DNA of 17,741 nt, taken from NCBI GenBank assembly GCA_030141605.1, contig JAQGDQ010002015.1, positions 1 through 17,741 of the forward strand, in the 5' to 3' direction. Positions within the stretch are counted from its first letter, which is position 1. Each line of letters begins with the position of its first letter. The notes under the pieces are model-generated. The model saw only the letters and a list, made by a program, of their open reading frames with translations. It was not told the DNA's origin and made no database searches. The translations under genes were made by a program, and so were the position numbers. Below are positions 12,017 to 17,741 of the stretch, in pieces. The stretch is from Tubiluchus corallicola. Taxonomy: Eukaryota > Animalia > Priapulida.

Positions 12017-13576
12017 ACCAGTGTTTTTCCTGTCTAGGACATTAGAGCATAGCAACACCATTGTTTATCCCTCTAGGGCAGCAGAGCATAGCAACGCTGG
12101 TGTTTTTCCCTCTAGGACAGTAGAGCATAGCAATACCAGTGTTTTTCCCTCTAGGACAGCAGAGCATAGCAACACCAGGGTTTTTCCCTCTAGGGCAGCA
12201 GAGCATAGCAACACCAGTGTTTTCCCTCTAGGGCAGTAGAGCATAGCAACACCAGTGTTTTTCCCTCTAGGACAGTAGAGCATAGCAACACCAGTGTTTT
12301 TCCTGTCTAGGACAGTAGAGCATAGCAACACCAGTGTTTTTCCTGTCTAGGACAGTAGAGCATAGCAACACCAGTGTTTTTCCCTCTAGGGCAGCAGAGC
12401 ATAGCAACACCAGTGTTTTTCCCTCTAGGGCAGCAGAGCATAGCAACACCAGTGTTTTTCCCTCTAGGGCAGCAGAGCATAGCAACACCAGTGTTTTCCC
12501 TCTAGGGCAGTAGAGCATAGCAACACCAGTGTTTTTCCATCTAGGACAGTAGAGCATAGCAACACCAGTGTTTTTCCTGCCGGGAAGATAGAGCATAGCA
12601 ACACCAGTGTTTTTCCTGTCTGGACAGTAGAGCATAGCAACACCAGTGTTTTTCCCTCTAGGGCAGCAGAGCATAGCAACACCAGTGTTTTTCCCTCTAG
12701 GGCAGCAGAGCATAGCAACACCAGTGTTTTTCCCTCTAGGGCAGCAGAGCATAGCAACACCAGTGCTTTTTCCTGCCGGGACAGTAGAGCATAGCAACAC
12801 CAGTGTTTTTCCTGCTAGGACAGTAGAGCATAGCAACACCAGTGTTTTTCCCTCTAGGGCAGCAGAGCATAGCAACACCAGTGTTTTTCCTGCCGGGACA
12901 GTAGAGCATAGCAACGCCAGTGTTTTTCCCTCTAGGGCAGCAGAGCATAGTAACACCAGTGCTTTTTCCTGCTGGGACAGTAGAGCATAGCAACACCAGT
13001 GTTTTTCCCTCTAGGACAGTAGAGCATAGCAACACCAGTGTTTTTCCTGCCAGGACAGTAGAGCATAGCAACACCAGTGTTTTTCCCTCTAGGGCAGCAG
13101 AGCATAGCAACACCAGTGTTTTTCCCTCTAGGAAGATAGAGCATAGCAACACCAGTGTTTTTCCTGTCTAGGACATTAGAGCATAGCAATACCAGTGTTT
13201 TTCCCTCTAGGACAGCAGAGCATAGCAACACCAGTGTTTTTCCCTCTAGGGCAGCAGAGCATAGCAACACCAGTGTTTTTCCCTCTAGGACAGTAGAGCA
13301 TAGCAACGCCAGTGTTTTTCCCTCTAGGGCAGCAGAGCATAGCAACACCAGTGCTTTTTCCTGCCGGGACAGTAGAGCATAGCAACGCCAGTGTTTTTCC
13401 CTCTAGGGCAGCAGAGCATAGTAACACCAGTGCTTTTTCCTGCCGGGACAGTAGAGCATAGCAACACCAGTGTTTTTCCCTCTAGGACAGTAGAGCATAG
13501 CAACGCCAGTGTTTTTCCCTCTAGGACAGTAGAGCATAGCAACACCAGTGTTTTTCCTTCTAGGACAGTAGAGCAT
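12017..13576. repeat. 39-bp minisatellite, ~40 units (ACCAGTGTTTTTCCCTCTAGGRCAGYAGAGCATAGCAAC; 38-40 bp variants)
   Basis: Directly visible; gives 13-aa periodic ORFs with frequent frameshifts. Flanked by the direct repeat GCAGCTAC. Confidence 0.98.
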
Positions 13577-14479
13577 GCAGCTACCCCCCCCCGATGAATA
13601 TCAATTTGCCAGTCTGTATCACGTCAATCGGTTATTGAGTTGGATAAGTGCTTCGATCATTCTCATCTGTGTCCATTAGACTGATTCTCATGAAATGTAA
13701 CGTCAAGACGGTCTTCTCTGAATCTAAGCAATTAGTTGAGTAATCAGACACGAGCAATGGCTTGACACTGCATAAAACCATGTCAATTGAAACAGCTCGG
13801 TTATGCATGGGAAACTGGAAGAGCGTTTCTTCGGGATAAGTGCTGTCCTAAATTCATGTACTCAAATTCATGCTGACACAACTATCCATTTTCAAAAGTG
13901 CTAATTTTTAAAAATGCTTTTAAGAGTGTTATCTAACTTTTTGCACTCAGAAGTGTTGTGCTGAACCCTTATGTCTAATATGGTTGTTTCAACATATCTG
14001 CCTTTTTAACGACCAATACATGGTCAATAATCAGTCAATAATTACTAATGTAATAAAAAATGTAAAACAAAGTTTGTGAAATGAATTCTTATACTGTGAG
14101 AAACAGCTACAACACAATAAACTGACAATTTTTGAGCAAACTTCTTTTACTTACGTGCCAGATGAAACTTGTGAAGCTGAACGTAACCTTGACAACAGTT
14201 CACCAATCGCCAGTAATGATAAAAACCCTGAAAGGCAAGAACTAATCATTAGACATAATAAGCAATAAGCACTGCAATGGGACACTAGGGGAACAAGGCG
14301 TCTTACTAATGCCGAATTTGGAATATGGCAGTAAATGCATTAGTGGAAGATGTGAAATTTTATGTTTAGTTTTCCTTTAATTAGTTGCAGCATCAGTTTC
14401 TGCTGTGTTTATTTGACTATTCGCGAGTTTATTTACACATTCGTTCATCTAAATTACTCATTACATCATTACAAATTTT

Positions 14480-14735
14480 GTTAATTGATTCGCTTGTTCA
14501 TTCGTTCATTCATTTATACATTCGTTCACTCTTTCAGTCGTTCTTTCGTTCATTATTTCGTTCGTTCGTTCATTTGGTTGGTCAGTCGTTCGTTCGTCAC
14601 TCATTCATTCTTTCATTCGTTATTCATTCATTGATGAATTTCATTATTTCATAGATTCTTCTTTCATGCATTCTTTCGCTCACTCATTCATACATCCATT
14701 AATTAATTAATTTATTAATTCGTTTATTTATTTCA
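14480..14735. repeat. Old degenerate (TTCA/TTCG)n low-complexity tract
   Basis: Runs of ttcg/ttca/ttca-like tetramers. Confidence 0.7.
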
Positions 14736-15722
14736 TAAATTAACCATCATCATCTCTTCAACTGTCATAGCGCTAATAGCACATCAAAAACAATTGTCAG
14801 CTTCCATATCCTTTTTTGTTTCTTGAAAACGAATGATTGATTGAATGAAAGAATGGATGGATGGATGAATGATTGAGCGAAAACGAATGAAAGAAAGAAA
14901 GGACAAATAAATGAATTAATGAAAGAATGAATGGATGAGTGAACTAGCATGATTGAAAGAACGAAAGAAAGCATGAAAGAAAGAATAAAGAAATAAATAA
15001 ATGAAAAAAACGAACGAATGAATGAACGAATGAATGAACGAATGAATGAATGAATGAATAAATAAATGAATGAATGAATTAGTGACTGACTGACTGACAG
15101 GCTAACAGATTGACAGACAGACTGACTGACTGACTGAATGAATGAATAAATGAATGAATGAATGAATGAATGAATGAATGAATGAATGAATGAATGAATG
15201 AATGAATGAATGAATGAATGAATGACAAAGGAATGATTAAGTCGATGCAAGAAAGCGAAATGAAGAAAAAATTAAATAATAGATTAAAACTTGATTAGCG
15301 TGGGGCGAGCCCAACTATTTATGACGTCACAAACGAACATAATTTTCAACTGCAAAAATGTTCCACGAGCGTGTTGCACGTGTTTGTGAAAGTGAAAATT
15401 GAAGCACGGTGCTACTGTAAGATATTCAGTGTGTTGTGCTAAAACTAGGATGAGCTGTCGAGCGTGTGTAGTTCGTCACAAACTAACAAATCTGAATTGA
15501 GAGGTGTGACACCTGTTTTTGTGCATGTTTTTCCGAAATGCTAGGCGTTAGTGCCCGTCTGACTAGCGAATGGTGAAATGCATGTGAGCGGAGAACTAGT
15601 GGTGAGAACGCGAAATTTCGTTTGTGTGGTAGTAATTCTTTCATGTAAGTCATTTTTAAAAAATGTTTTCTTTCAATATTTTGTGTTGTTTGTGGTTTTT
15701 GGGTTGTTTTGTTTTTTTTTGT

Positions 15723-15753
<31 letters not shown>

Positions 15754-15809
<56 letters not shown>

Positions 15810-16989
15810 GTTATTATTATTATTATTGTTATTATTTTATTATTATTATTATTTATTATTATAATTATTATTATTATTATGAGTTTATTTCATATAAAAA
15901 TATACAGTTTACAAAGATAAAGATGTTAGTAAAACAGGTAATGCGATGTTAGTAAAGTAACATATCTACAGACATTCAACTTTATAATAACCACACATTG
16001 TAGTTCCCTTGTAATTATATTACATTATACAGTGTTGTAAGGAGCTATAATAGATATCTTAAAACATAATCTTTAAATGAGTTCTTAACCTTTAATTTTA
16101 CATTTTCGTTTAGATCTACAGTACAACCATATTTAAATCTTGAATTTACTCGACTGTTATTTACATAGTAGCATAGCTTTGGAATTCTCAATGTGCAAGA
16201 GTTTACAATTTTTCTCACAAAATTTAATTTTCGACTAACCATTAGGGGTGAGCATCGAACGTTCGAATCGAATTCGAACGCTCGAATTCGATTCGAACGA
16301 GTTTTTTTAGTTCGAACTCGATTCGAATCCAAAACTATAGATTCGAATAATTCAGCACTTCAATCACACATGTTCTTTATTACTAAAACGATTGAAACAT
16401 CATGCAATTAGAATAATTTAGCTGTGATTTCTGTGCTCAATTTTAAACAAATTACTAGTCGTTTTATTGCAGAGCAAAATCTAGTGATATGCATGACCTT
16501 TGTAAGACTAATTTTTACTGGTGGTTCGAAAACTTGTTCGAAAAATCTTTCGGTCTGAATTCGAATTCGGTTCGAATTCGAAACACTGAAGTTCGGTTCG
16601 ATTCGAATTCGAAAGTCACAAATTCGGTTCGATTCGAATTCGCTTTCTGGTAGAGAATGCTCACCCCTACTAACCATTAAATAATTCGCAGGCATTGTGC
16701 CACAAAAATACATTAACAATTTGACGCTTTCATTTTGTCTAAAATCGAATATTTTCCTACAAGCAGTGTTCCATTTTACCCTAACGGCATTAACTTCACT
16801 GTTTGATATACCCCAAATCTCGCATCCGTATAATAAAATGGGTGGACAATATGTATTGATCAGAGTTTTAGCTACTATGTCATTACGGCTATGGCCCATG
16901 CTTGAGAGAATATTATTCACGGAACTAATAAATTTCCTTTTTAACATTGAAACATCAATAGAAAAACTATCACTTGTCAAAATATCGCA

Positions 16990-16994
<5 letters not shown>
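15754..16994 (-). mobile_element. Second (inverted) copy of the LINE 3' fragment with (TTA)n tail
   Basis: ORFs 16408-17034 and 16045-16332 (-) carry the two halves. It retains YGCEIW and lacks the left arm's frameshift. Confidence 0.85.
16243..16669 (-). mobile_element. hAT MITE, 427 bp (duplicate of 9761-10168 with 19 extra bp)
   Basis: Same 13-bp TIRs; TSD CTAACCAT at 16235-16242 and 16670-16677. Confidence 0.93.

Positions 16995-17741
<747 letters not shown>

Noticed and set aside
11832-13597. Overlapping ORFs with 13-aa repeats on both strands
   Set aside because: Products of the 39-bp minisatellite, with frequent 38/40-bp frameshifting units.
15421-15755. Genomic imprint of RNA editing or deaminase hypermutation
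   Set aside because: Polarised transversions and selective A/C deletions fit a software tie-break order better than any known enzyme.

Overview
AT-rich animal (probably marine invertebrate) genomic DNA, not prokaryotic. The first 4.3 kb hold the last three coding exons (602-758, 2572-2799, 3930-4081; GT-AG, phases 1/1) of a cysteine-rich von Willebrand A (vWA) domain gene. The 3' end and splice donor of the first visible exon are tandemly amplified nine times with (GTT)n spacers. The rest is repeat-dominated: a 63-bp minisatellite (~41 units, with higher-order structure), a 39-bp minisatellite (~40 units), compound tetranucleotide microsatellites, a 3' LINE fragment with a (TAA)n tail interrupted by a hAT MITE (13-bp TIR, 8-bp TSD), and a dispersed Kolobok-like repeat. 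From 7650 onward there is a complex rearrangement: a 2.2-kb inverted copy (9436-11633 vs 14824-16994) is joined through a 5-bp microhomology to a direct copy of 7650+, as in DUP-TRP/INV-DUP. In the inverted arm, 15683-15755 equals the other arm with every A and C removed, next to 26 strictly polarised differences; this is most likely a consensus/polishing artefact. Nearly all long ORFs in the track are repeat artefacts. I found no convincing new multi-gene system; the best biological candidates are the amplified splice-donor array and the rearrangement.
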